The notes under the pieces were generated by a model, which saw only the letters and a program-made list of their open reading frames with translations, was not told where the DNA came from and made no database searches. A program made the position numbers and the translations under genes. This document shows, one piece after another, positions 28,919-37,905 of a stretch of 64,000 bases of DNA. Position 1 is the stretch's first letter. Each line of letters starts with the position of its first letter. Origin of the DNA: a candidate division FCPU426 bacterium (GTDB taxonomy: Bacteria > Oederibacteriota > Muellerivitia > Muellerivitales > Muellerivitaceae); the NCBI GenBank assembly GCA_963796105.1, contig CAWCKJ010000004.1, positions 1,344,001 through 1,408,000 on the forward strand, given 5' to 3'.

Positions 28919-30067
28919 TTAATTTAATAGAGTCGAAGCTTTCGCCGCAAGAGGAGTATCGGCTGCGGGAGTAACAGGATTGGGTTCCCGGTCTGGAATT
29001 TTCCAAACCCCCGCGATGGGAGTGGAACACCAGGGGCAAAGGCCCTCCGGGCCCATCTTGTTTTCCAGGACGTCAAATCCAAAGCGCTCCACCAGGAGTT
29101 CCCCGCAATTGGGGCAATAGGTATTCTCCGTGGCGCCCACCTCGCCCGGCCGGTTGCCCGAGTAGACATAATTCAATCCGGCTTTTTCCCCGATCTCATG
29201 GGCTAAATTCAATTGGGCCGGCTGGGTCCACGGCAGGTCCTCCATGCGATAATCGGGATGGAAAGCGGTCACATGCCAGGGGATATCCCTTGATACGGAG
29301 GCGATGAAACGAGCGATCTCCCTCAGCTCTTTCTCGCTGTCATTCAGTCCAGGAACCACCAGGGTGACGATCTCCACCCAGAAACCCATGGCTTTCGCCC
29401 GCTCGATGGTTTCCAGCACCGGTAATAAGGGGCCACCCATGTGTTTGCGGTAGGTCTTATCGCTCATGCTTTTCAGGTCCACCTTGTACAGGTCCAGGGA
29501 AGGCCGAAGGAATTCCAGCGCCTCCCGGGTGGCGTTTCCGTTGGAGACAAAAGAGGTCAAGAGCCCATTGGAACGTGCCAATTGGAAGACTTCCCCTGCC
29601 CATTCGCCGGTAATGAGGGGCTCATTGTAAGTGGAGGTAATGACGCGGCATTCATGGCGTAGCGCGGCCTCCGCCAGTTCCGCGGCGGTTTGGACCCTCA
29701 TGAAATCACCCGATGTCTCGCAAGCGGGGTCCCGCAAGGCCTGGCTGGTGATCCAGTTCTGGCAATAGTCGCAATGATAATCACAGCCCAGCATTCCGAA
29801 GGAAAAGGCCCGGCTTCCGGGAAGAACGTGAAAAAATGGTTTTTTCTCGATAGGGTCAATCTGAAGGCCCGAGACGTAGTTGCGGGGAACACGGAGAATG
29901 CCCTGTTCATTGAAACGAACCTTGCAGATTCCCTGTTTACCCGGGGAAATTTTGCAATGGTGGCCGCAGGCAAAGCAATGGACCCGGTTGTCCGAAAGCT
30001 TTTCATAAAGTTTGCCCTCAACACTTTTGCCGGAGAGCAATTGTTCTAAAGTTTGGCTTTTATCCAT
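28919..30067 (-). CDS. amrS: AmmeMemoRadiSam system radical SAM enzyme
   Basis: CFACGHHC, DPIEKKPFFH, GCDYHCDYCQNW, TYNEP, PWHVTAFHPDY, CPNC. Confidence 0.93.
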   Translation of the reverse strand: MDKSQTLEQLLSGKSVEGKLYEKLSDNRVHCFACGHHCKISPGKQGICKVRFNEQGILRVPRNYVSGLQIDPIEKKPFFHVLPGSRAFSFGMLGCDYHCDYCQNWITSQALRDPACETSGDFMRVQTAAELAEAALRHECRVITSTYNEPLITGEWAGEVFQLARSNGLLTSFVSNGNATREALEFLRPSLDLYKVDLKSMSDKTYRKHMGGPLLPVLETIERAKAMGFWVEIVTLVVPGLNDSEKELREIARFIASVSRDIPWHVTAFHPDYRMEDLPWTQPAQLNLAHEIGEKAGLNYVYSGNRPGEVGATENTYCPNCGELLVERFGFDVLENKMGPEGLCPWCSTPIAGVWKIPDREPNPVTPAADTPLAAKASTLLN

Positions 30068-30244
30068 GGAGGCCTCCCGGGTATTTTAAGGTCCCATAAG
30101 GCCAAAGAACAGGCGGCATTCCCGGAAAATCATGAGCTTTTGCGGTTTGAGGGCTTGGGCTATTCTGGAAAAATGAAGTAAAATGATGGCGCGTTTCATG
30201 AAAGAATGGCTTTTGATTAGCGGCTAAAATTTTTTGAGGAAGAC

Positions 30245-31651
30245 ATGCCTGAAAATAAAAAGACCAAAAAAAATGGAAAAAAAGATAAATCCAAATCTTT
30301 AAACAGGTTGCCGAGAGCCCTGGAACTCATCGAATCCCTGGTCCTGCTTGAAGATGTTTTTAGGGATGAGGTGGGCAGAAGGTTCAAGCGCCTATTAAGG
30401 TGGCTCTCGGGAAAGAGGGAATCCGACCCTGTCATGGGATATCGGCGCTATACAAAACTTTGGAAAGCGGTTGCCGAAAATCAGGAATTCATTCGTCACC
30501 CGCGCGTGGGAAATCTCCTTCAAGACCATTGGCTGGAGAGATTTTTGGACGATCCTAATCCGTTCCACCGAAAAGCGGAAACGGCTTCCCTTCATGAAAT
30601 AGGTTCCTCACTTACGGAAGCCTACCGAGGGGAATTGGAATTCTTTCAGAAAATTTTGCGGACTGATTGGGAAAGCGAATTTCGAAAAAAATGGGAATCT
30701 GCGGGGATAGGTGAAATTCCCTCAATGACAGTGAGGCAAAAGAAGATGCCGGATAAGGAGATTTCCTTGGCCGGTCAGGCGCGAAAAAAAATCAAAGAAA
30801 GCATCCTCGGGGAAGGTTCCAAGGCCGATCAACTTTTAAAGGAAATAGCGGGTTGTTTCCTAGAGAATGGATGGGGGCTTTTCGGGCGTTACCGCGCCTT
30901 CCGCTGGGAAGACCGATTCGGGACTGGGGGAAAATTGACAGGTATCGAGGATGTGGATCCCATCCGTCTTGAGAATCTTGTGGGTTATGACGATCAACGC
31001 AAACCCCTCATCGACAATATCGAGGCTTTCGTGTCGGGCAAAACCGCCAACAACACCCTTCTTTACGGGGAAAGAGGGACGGGAAAGTCCTCCACAGTCA
31101 AGGCTCTCCTGAACTCCTACCAGGACAGGGGATTAAGGCTGGTGGAAGTTTCGCCCTCGGAATTGCGAGAATTCCATGACATCCTCCCCTATTTAAGAGG
31201 CCGGCGTGAAAAATTCATCCTCTTCGTGGACGACCTTTCCTTCGAAGAAAACGAGACGTCCTACAAGGGCCTGAAGGCGGTACTGGAAGGGGCGGTAGAA
31301 GCCACTCCTCCCAACGTGATCTTGATCGCCACCTCCAACCGCAGGCATCTCGTGCGGGAGTTTTTCGAGGACCGATCCGGAGGCGTCCAGAAAGACAGCG
31401 AAATCCATGGGGCGGATACCGTGGAGGAAAAACTCTCCCTTTCCGACCGCTTCGGGCTGGTGGTTTCCTTTTATTCCCCCGACCAGTCCACTTATCTTCG
31501 GATGGTAGAAAATTGGGCGAGCGTGGATGGCCTTCGTATTCCAAGCGGGGAACTGCATTCCCGGGCTCTTCTTTGGGCCAGACAGAACAACGGGCTATCG
31601 GGTCGAACCGCCAGGCAGTTCATTAACGACTTGAGCGGAAAATTAAAATAA
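30245..31651 (+). CDS. DUF815-family AAA+ ATPase
   Basis: ANNTLLYGERGTGKSS, FVDDLSFE, ATSNRRHLV, EEKLSLSDRFG, SGRTARQF. Confidence 0.92.
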   Translation: MPENKKTKKNGKKDKSKSLNRLPRALELIESLVLLEDVFRDEVGRRFKRLLRWLSGKRESDPVMGYRRYTKLWKAVAENQEFIRHPRVGNLLQDHWLERFLDDPNPFHRKAETASLHEIGSSLTEAYRGELEFFQKILRTDWESEFRKKWESAGIGEIPSMTVRQKKMPDKEISLAGQARKKIKESILGEGSKADQLLKEIAGCFLENGWGLFGRYRAFRWEDRFGTGGKLTGIEDVDPIRLENLVGYDDQRKPLIDNIEAFVSGKTANNTLLYGERGTGKSSTVKALLNSYQDRGLRLVEVSPSELREFHDILPYLRGRREKFILFVDDLSFEENETSYKGLKAVLEGAVEATPPNVILIATSNRRHLVREFFEDRSGGVQKDSEIHGADTVEEKLSLSDRFGLVVSFYSPDQSTYLRMVENWASVDGLRIPSGELHSRALLWARQNNGLSGRTARQFINDLSGKLK

Positions 31652-31769
31652 GGATCTCCTGCTTGGGAAACCATCGAGACGATAAATGAGTTTTAAAAAA
31701 CTGTTCTGGATTGGTTATCATGGGTTCTTGTTATTTCGGCTGATTGACCGTATTCCATAGGGGGTTTCA

Positions 31770-32246
31770 GTGCCTGTTGACCTTTCCGTTTTCCACAAAG
31801 CCGCGCCTTACCGGAGTTTCAGGGCTGAGGATTGGAATATTCTTTCCGAGATTTTGAAAGAGGTGCGTTATGAGGCGGGAAAAACCCTTTTCAAGGAGAA
31901 CGATCCAGGAGAGGGTTTGTACCTGGTCCGTTCCGGGCGCGTTCTCATTCGGCGGCGATTCATCCCGGAAGGAGTGAGAACAGCCCAGGAGCAGGTCCTG
32001 GCTGTTCTGACTCCGGGTGAAATCCTGGGCGAGATGGCCCTGGTGGATGGGGCTCCCCGTTCCGCGGACGCTTTAGTGGAGGAGGATTCGGTTCTGTTTC
32101 ATCTGACCCAATCCGACTATGTGACTCTCCAGCATAACCATACCGGTACCGCGCTTCGCATCCAGGACCTGCTGGTGATCACCCTCTGTTCCCGCATCCG
32201 TGCCGCCGACCGCAACTTCGAGATCATCCGGTTTTTTTGCACTTAA
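31770..32246 (+). CDS. Stand-alone cyclic-nucleotide-binding domain protein
   Basis: LFKENDPG, GEILGEMALVDGAPRSADA; no HTH. Confidence 0.9.
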   Translation: MPVDLSVFHKAAPYRSFRAEDWNILSEILKEVRYEAGKTLFKENDPGEGLYLVRSGRVLIRRRFIPEGVRTAQEQVLAVLTPGEILGEMALVDGAPRSADALVEEDSVLFHLTQSDYVTLQHNHTGTALRIQDLLVITLCSRIRAADRNFEIIRFFCT

Positions 32247-32421
32247 GGTTTGCCTCAATTTAAGATTGTAGCCTCTGAAAAAGTCGGCTATCGCCTCCTT
32301 TTTCAGAAAAACATTTATGGAAACCCCGCGATTTCCTGCGAAAATCTTTGGGGTCGAAACCTCTGTTGGTCGCTTTTCAACAGTTTTTCAGAGGTTTCAG
32401 ATTAAAACGGTGGAATAACTC

Positions 32422-33420
32422 TTGGGATCAAATGTGAGAAATTCACTATATCCTTTAGTGAATCGGCGATTAGTCTGGGTTCCCCTGGGGTTTTTTGCCC
32501 TTCTTTTTTGGCTTCCGCTTTGCACCCAAGCGGATCCGTCCCGGACCGTGAAACTTTCCATGCCCTCCCTGTTGGTTTGCGGACAGCATGAGACGCTTTA
32601 TCATGTGAAAAATTACAACATCGACTGGGAGTTTTCGGCGGGAGGGAAAATACTGGATGCCCAGCCACAGCCTCTTTCCTACCGGTTCCTGGTAGTGGGT
32701 GGCCCCCGGAAGGTTTTCCTGCTCCGCAAGGTGGACAAGGGGTGCCGCGTGATCTGGGACTGGTCCCGCATGGAAGGGGTCGATATTACCTGCGCAGTGG
32801 CGGCCGATTGGGACTTGGAGGATCTACCCACCTTGATTCTGGCAGGGGATGCCCGGAATAACCGCCTCTTCCTGGCGGAGGCCAGGTCCTTTGGATCCAA
32901 GGTGAGGTGGGAATACAAGTTGCCGGCTGCTCCCCGGTCGGTGCGGTTGTGCCCCGACACGGGAAATTTCCTGGTCACCCTAGCCGATTCAACGGTTGAG
33001 GAAATCTATTTCCAGGAGGACAAGCTTGTATGGTCCCTCGGCAAGGGGGAGGGCCTTGGGGACGCGCGGGACGCGGTCCGGGGCTTTCGGGGCGACACTT
33101 TCGTAGCCGACGCCTTGGATGGATCGATCATTTGCTTCAACCCTGACAGGAAAGTCAGATGGAGAAGCCATCTGCCCTTTACCCTCAGTAACGGAACCCT
33201 TAACCAGGTTACCCTTTCCCTATACAAGAAGAACGGCAGGCGAACAGTCATGGCGTCGGTTCATTTCGAGGGAAGCGGGCTCGGCGCCAAGGACATGGTG
33301 TTCCTTCTGAACGCTGATTCGGGCAGGCTCATGGCTTGGTGTGACCATTTGGCGAGAGGGGCTTTTCCACCCTTCGTTAAGGCCATTCCTGACAAGCCTT
33401 CCTTCTTCAAGAAGCAATGA
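32422..33420 (+). CDS. Secreted hypothetical protein, probably beta-propeller
   Basis: Hydrophobic N-terminus; repeated VIW/VRWEY/LVWS/VRW strands, GNFLVT, TFVAD; start uncertain. Confidence 0.65.
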   Translation: MGSNVRNSLYPLVNRRLVWVPLGFFALLFWLPLCTQADPSRTVKLSMPSLLVCGQHETLYHVKNYNIDWEFSAGGKILDAQPQPLSYRFLVVGGPRKVFLLRKVDKGCRVIWDWSRMEGVDITCAVAADWDLEDLPTLILAGDARNNRLFLAEARSFGSKVRWEYKLPAAPRSVRLCPDTGNFLVTLADSTVEEIYFQEDKLVWSLGKGEGLGDARDAVRGFRGDTFVADALDGSIICFNPDRKVRWRSHLPFTLSNGTLNQVTLSLYKKNGRRTVMASVHFEGSGLGAKDMVFLLNADSGRLMAWCDHLARGAFPPFVKAIPDKPSFFKKQ

Positions 33421-34535
33421 ATACCAGGGATTCTCCAGTCGGCGTCACGCTTTGGCTTCTTTGGACTGTTTGTTTTTGCACGCTAACGGGACCACTCCCC
33501 GCCACTGAAAATAGGGATTTTTCCGCGAGGCTCAGCCTGGAGGCTGGCATCCTTGAGGCCCCCCTGGAAGCCTCGGGATTTTACCAGTATTCAAGGCTTT
33601 TGCTGGAGAGCCATAACGATCTTGATCCATCATTAACGCTTACGGTCTCGGGTGAATTAGGCTGGCAGGCCTCTACTGCCGTTTCAGGGCCTCCTTGGCA
33701 GGTTTTCCCTGTTAAAAACCTGTTGAATCTGGAGGCCGACAATATGTCCTCCTCCAGTGGGCCGGAGGATATTTCGGCCCGATTGAGCCGGGCCTGTCTC
33801 CAATGGGCCAACGGAAGGCTTCAAGTCAACGCCGGCCTCCAGAGTTTCGATTGGGGATCCTCCCGCTTTTACCGCCCGACGGATTACTTCTTTCCCCTAT
33901 CCCCCCTCGCCTGGGTTGACAACCAGCCTTTGGGGAGCGAGGCGTTGGACGCGGAATGCTACCTCTTCGAGTTCTTGAGCGCGGAAGGGGCCGTTCGTTG
34001 GCTCCAGGGGGGTGAGAGCGAGTGGGTGGCCAGACTGATTAATAAGGGGATCGGAATCAGCGTCAGCCCCAGTTTCGCTCGTATGATTGACCGGGACGGG
34101 ATAGGCATGGAAGCGTCGGGAACATTCCCTGAGTTTCAGGCGAGGCTTGAGGCGGTTGAATGGCTCTATCACTATGGTTCTGCTTATTTAGAATTCGTGG
34201 CGGGGCTTTCCACGGTTCAAGAGAAAATAACCTATAATCTGGAAGCTTTTCTGGACGGGACTGGAAGCGTCCTGGGCGCCTTCTCCAGCAAGCCTGGGAG
34301 GGTTGTTTATCTTTTCGCCTCGGTGGGGAAGGACTTCTTCACCGGGTGGAAAGCCTCAGTCGGGCTGGTTAAATCCCCGGTAGGGGGGCCATTTTTATTT
34401 TGGCCGAAGATTTCCTGGGCTTACGCGGAATCCCGAGAATTGGACTTGCAGTGCCAGGTACCTCTAGCTGTAGGGGACGGCTCGCTGGATCTGACAACGA
34501 CCCGTATGGGTTTATCGGCCGCCTATCTTTATTGA
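33417..34535 (+). CDS. Putative outer-membrane beta-barrel protein
   Basis: ATGA overlap with upstream gene; GLQSFDWG..FYRPTDYF.P; terminal MGLSAAYLY. Confidence 0.7.
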   Translation: MNTRDSPVGVTLWLLWTVCFCTLTGPLPATENRDFSARLSLEAGILEAPLEASGFYQYSRLLLESHNDLDPSLTLTVSGELGWQASTAVSGPPWQVFPVKNLLNLEADNMSSSSGPEDISARLSRACLQWANGRLQVNAGLQSFDWGSSRFYRPTDYFFPLSPLAWVDNQPLGSEALDAECYLFEFLSAEGAVRWLQGGESEWVARLINKGIGISVSPSFARMIDRDGIGMEASGTFPEFQARLEAVEWLYHYGSAYLEFVAGLSTVQEKITYNLEAFLDGTGSVLGAFSSKPGRVVYLFASVGKDFFTGWKASVGLVKSPVGGPFLFWPKISWAYAESRELDLQCQVPLAVGDGSLDLTTTRMGLSAAYLY

Positions 34536-34623
34536 TAATGGATGCCGTAAAAGCCATTTCTTTCTTTGAATGAGATTCGCATTCATTCTATAATCCGAAA
34601 ACTTGGTTTAATTCGAGGAGAAT

Positions 34624-35235
34624 ATGCCACATAAATCTAAAATTCATACGAAATCCACCCCGCAAACAGCCTTCAAGTCGGCTTCGGCCGGCGTCATCAA
34701 GCCGAAAGGATTTCCCGAGAATATCGTCCTCATCGGCATGTTGGGGAGCGGAAAAACTTCAGTCGGTAGAATCCTGGCTGACAAGCTTCGATATCATTTC
34801 CTGGATGTGGACCACCTCATCGAAATGAAGTACCGAAAGCCGCTGGGCAGGGTCATGGAGATGCTGGGCATGAGGGAGTTCATGCGGGTGGAGGAAGAAA
34901 CCATCCGGGCCCTGCAAAACTACTGGCATTGCGTCCTGGCGCCGGGCGGAAGCGCGGTCTATTACCCCCAGGGAATGAAACAACTGAAAAAACTGGGACC
35001 CTGCATTCATTTGGAAGTGTCGCTGCAAGAAATCAAGAGGAGGATCCCCGATTGGTCCAACCGGGGGGTTGTCTGCAGGGGGGGCAACACTCTCCCCGCG
35101 CTTTATCACGAGAGGGAGCCTCTCTACAAGAAATACGCCGATTTGACAGTGGACGCTTCGGGGCGGTCCTTCGAAAAGATCGCCCAAAAAGTCTTAAAGC
35201 ATCTTGGGGTGGAATCCAGCCCCGCCAAGAAGTAG
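34624..35235 (+). CDS. aroK: Shikimate kinase
   Basis: NIVLIGMLGSGKT, FLDVD, GGSAV, ERxPLY..YAD. Confidence 0.9.
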   Translation: MPHKSKIHTKSTPQTAFKSASAGVIKPKGFPENIVLIGMLGSGKTSVGRILADKLRYHFLDVDHLIEMKYRKPLGRVMEMLGMREFMRVEEETIRALQNYWHCVLAPGGSAVYYPQGMKQLKKLGPCIHLEVSLQEIKRRIPDWSNRGVVCRGGNTLPALYHEREPLYKKYADLTVDASGRSFEKIAQKVLKHLGVESSPAKK

Positions 35236-35344
35236 GGTTTTGCGATTCCAGGGACATTATTCCTCCATGCGAAGTTTGCCCCTCTTGTACCTTCCCCGCC
35301 TTGTATAATGAATAAATTGAAAATTCGATTTTTGGAGAGTTCTC

Positions 35345-36346
35345 GTGAAGACGGCGGTCATAGGTTCAGGCAGTATGGGGACGGCACTAGCCCGTCTCTT
35401 GGCGGATAACGGCCATTCGGTTTCCTGTTGGGACCATATTCCTTCCGTGGTGGAGGACATCCGAAAGAACCACCTGAACTCCAAATTCCTCCCTGGGGTG
35501 GATCTGCCGTCCAGCATAACCGCAGACCTGCTCCTGAACCATGTGGTCCGGGAAGCCCAGATGGTATTCATTGCGGTGCCATCGGCCTTTTTCGGGCATG
35601 TCGTGAAGGAGTTTTCTCCTTTTTCCCCTCCCCAAGCCATCGTGGTGGGAACCTCTAAGGGATTGGAGCCTTCCACCGGAAAGCGACTCAGTCAAGTCTA
35701 TGCCCAGGCCGCAGTGCATCCCCCCGACCAGTACGTGGCCCTTTCGGGCCCCTCCGTCGCCGGAGAATTCGCCCCTCAGAGGCCCACGGCGGTAGTCGTG
35801 GCGGGATCAAGGAGCCAGTCCCAGAAAGTTTCGGACGCTCTCTCCAACCCTTATTTCCACGTGGAAATATCCGACGACCTGGCCGGCGTGGAGTTGGGAG
35901 GAGTACTGAAAAACATCTACGCCATCGGGTTTGGTTTCCTGGACGGACTCAATCAGGGCTCCTCGAACCTGAAATCAGCCTTTCTCATTAAAGCTTGGGC
36001 GGAGTTGAAAGGCATTGGGGTGAAATTGGGAGCCCAGGCCAAAACCTTTGACGGGTTGGCTGGTTTGGGAGAGTTGGTTACCACAGGCTATTCCGCGGAT
36101 TCCCATAACCGCAAGTTCGGCCAGCTTCTGGCTTCCGGGTTGGATTACGACAAAGCCGTGGCGCAAATAGGCGGCGCGGCGCCCGAGGGCGTTCGGAATC
36201 TCGCTACCCTATTGACGGTATTAGGAAATCAGATGGATACCCCCCTGGCGAAGTTGATCCAGACCAGCATCCAACAACCGGCCGCGCGGGCCAAATTCGT
36301 GGAAGGAATTCTCCAATTTTTCAACGGATCCGTTTCCGGCCGTTGA
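35345..36346 (+). CDS. gpsA: NAD(P)H-dependent glycerol-3-phosphate dehydrogenase-like protein (divergent active site)
   Basis: GSGSMGTALA, AVPS, SKG, LSGP, GVELGGVLKN; GDL/SRN motifs appear as GEL/SHN. Confidence 0.82.
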   Translation: MKTAVIGSGSMGTALARLLADNGHSVSCWDHIPSVVEDIRKNHLNSKFLPGVDLPSSITADLLLNHVVREAQMVFIAVPSAFFGHVVKEFSPFSPPQAIVVGTSKGLEPSTGKRLSQVYAQAAVHPPDQYVALSGPSVAGEFAPQRPTAVVVAGSRSQSQKVSDALSNPYFHVEISDDLAGVELGGVLKNIYAIGFGFLDGLNQGSSNLKSAFLIKAWAELKGIGVKLGAQAKTFDGLAGLGELVTTGYSADSHNRKFGQLLASGLDYDKAVAQIGGAAPEGVRNLATLLTVLGNQMDTPLAKLIQTSIQQPAARAKFVEGILQFFNGSVSGR

Positions 36347-36379
36347 GGCGGCTTTGGAAGAGGAAAGGCGGAGTGCCCG

Positions 36380-36814
36380 GTGTTCGATTTCGTTTCCCAG
36401 TTTCCTGATTGGCACCATGTCCTTTTTAAGGTCAAGGACGCAGACCTGTCCATCCGCTTTTACAGCGAATACCTGGGAATGGGAGCGGTGCTGGACCAGA
36501 AGGACGCGGATGGCGCGCGGTGGGTATGGCTTCGTTTTTCCGAGAACCCGAACGCGCCTTATTTTGTCCTATTAGAAGATTCCAGCTTAAAAAAGAACCC
36601 CGTTGTCGCGAAAAGCCTCCAGCAATTTTCCTTTCGCCTTCCGGACTTGAAACCGGTGGAGGAAATCAGCACCAAGGGCAAAAAGGACAAATGCCTCGTG
36701 GAAGCAGCCAGTTACGGGGGACATCTCAGGGGCTATTTCTGCGTGGTCTCGGACCCTGACGGCAACCTACTCGAGTTCGCTTATGTCCTCACTCCTAAAA
36801 CCATTTCGCATTGA
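36380..36814 (+). CDS. VOC/glyoxalase family protein
   Basis: HHVLFKVKD..SIRFY..LG, DPDGNLLEF. Confidence 0.88.
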   Translation: MFDFVSQFPDWHHVLFKVKDADLSIRFYSEYLGMGAVLDQKDADGARWVWLRFSENPNAPYFVLLEDSSLKKNPVVAKSLQQFSFRLPDLKPVEEISTKGKKDKCLVEAASYGGHLRGYFCVVSDPDGNLLEFAYVLTPKTISH

Positions 36815-36952
36815 GAACTTTAAAATCAAGAATCTGCAATTGAAAGTATGATTGCGACAGGGCCAACAAGTTAATCAAGGCCGGCCATAAAATTATTGCT
36901 CTAAGTCCATTGGGCGCGAGTGGGCGCTGTTTAAGAGTAAGGGCCGGGAATT

Positions 36953-37663
36953 TTAACGCCGGTTGCTGGATAGAATGCGAAGGATCGCAAGGAACAGGTT
37001 GAGAAAATCCAGGTATAGGGAGAGGGCTGCGCTGACGTACTCGTCGGGCTCATGAGTCCTAAGAATCCTTGAAGTGTCGTAGAGGATGAATAGGGAAAAC
37101 AGAACCGAGGAAATCCAGGCGAGGGCCAGACTGGCCGCGTCTACTTGGTATCCGAACGCTTGCATGACCATAAGGACGACCCCGATTCCGACCACGGCCC
37201 AAATCCCCGTCCAAACTATCCCGCTGAGAAAAGAAAAGTCCTTTTTGGTGATGAAGACGTAGGCGGTCAGGCCCACGAAGATGCTTCCTGAAATCAACCC
37301 CGCCTCATATATGACCCCATAGGTTCCCCCGGTTCTTAAGGCCGCCACCATGAGGCAGGGTGCGATGAAAATACCGCTGACAAAAGTAAAAGATAAAAGG
37401 GCAAGGATGTTGATCCCGGGTGTTTTCCGGACAGCCATGCACAGGAAAAAAACCCCGAAATAGAGGATGGTGCCGATGAAAAAGTGATGTAAAACCGCGG
37501 AGGCGAAACCGGGATTGGCCAGGGTGAGAAACGCTCCCCCGATAGCGACTCCGAGTCCCAAAAGAAACAGGGAATAGACTTTTTGCAGGAAATCCAAACG
37601 GATTTCGACATTTTCCCCCACGACGCTGGAGGGAATGGTTTTGTCTTGGGTAAAGAGGGCCAT
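36953..37663 (-). CDS. Bax inhibitor-1/YccA family membrane protein
   Basis: FLQKVY, KKDFSFL, LYDTSRI, AALSLYLDFLNLF. Confidence 0.94.
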   Translation of the reverse strand: MALFTQDKTIPSSVVGENVEIRLDFLQKVYSLFLLGLGVAIGGAFLTLANPGFASAVLHHFFIGTILYFGVFFLCMAVRKTPGINILALLSFTFVSGIFIAPCLMVAALRTGGTYGVIYEAGLISGSIFVGLTAYVFITKKDFSFLSGIVWTGIWAVVGIGVVLMVMQAFGYQVDAASLALAWISSVLFSLFILYDTSRILRTHEPDEYVSAALSLYLDFLNLFLAILRILSSNRR

Positions 37664-37905
37664 GGACTTTCTCCTTTTAAAAATTTCTAGGTGTTTATAT
37701 TGGGCACGGAAGCCCTAAATGTCAATGTCCGTTGGTTGTCTTCATTTAGGAATGTTCTGCGGGGTTTTCCCACTGGCTGAAAATATACAGGGCGGTTCAA
37801 ACCCATCGAGATGGCTCATGTTGAGTCCAGGCATGCTCCGGCGCAGGCCCCCCATACTCTTATGGTAAGATAAGGCGTTTTTCCAAAACTCGAAGGAGAC
37901 TCTTT

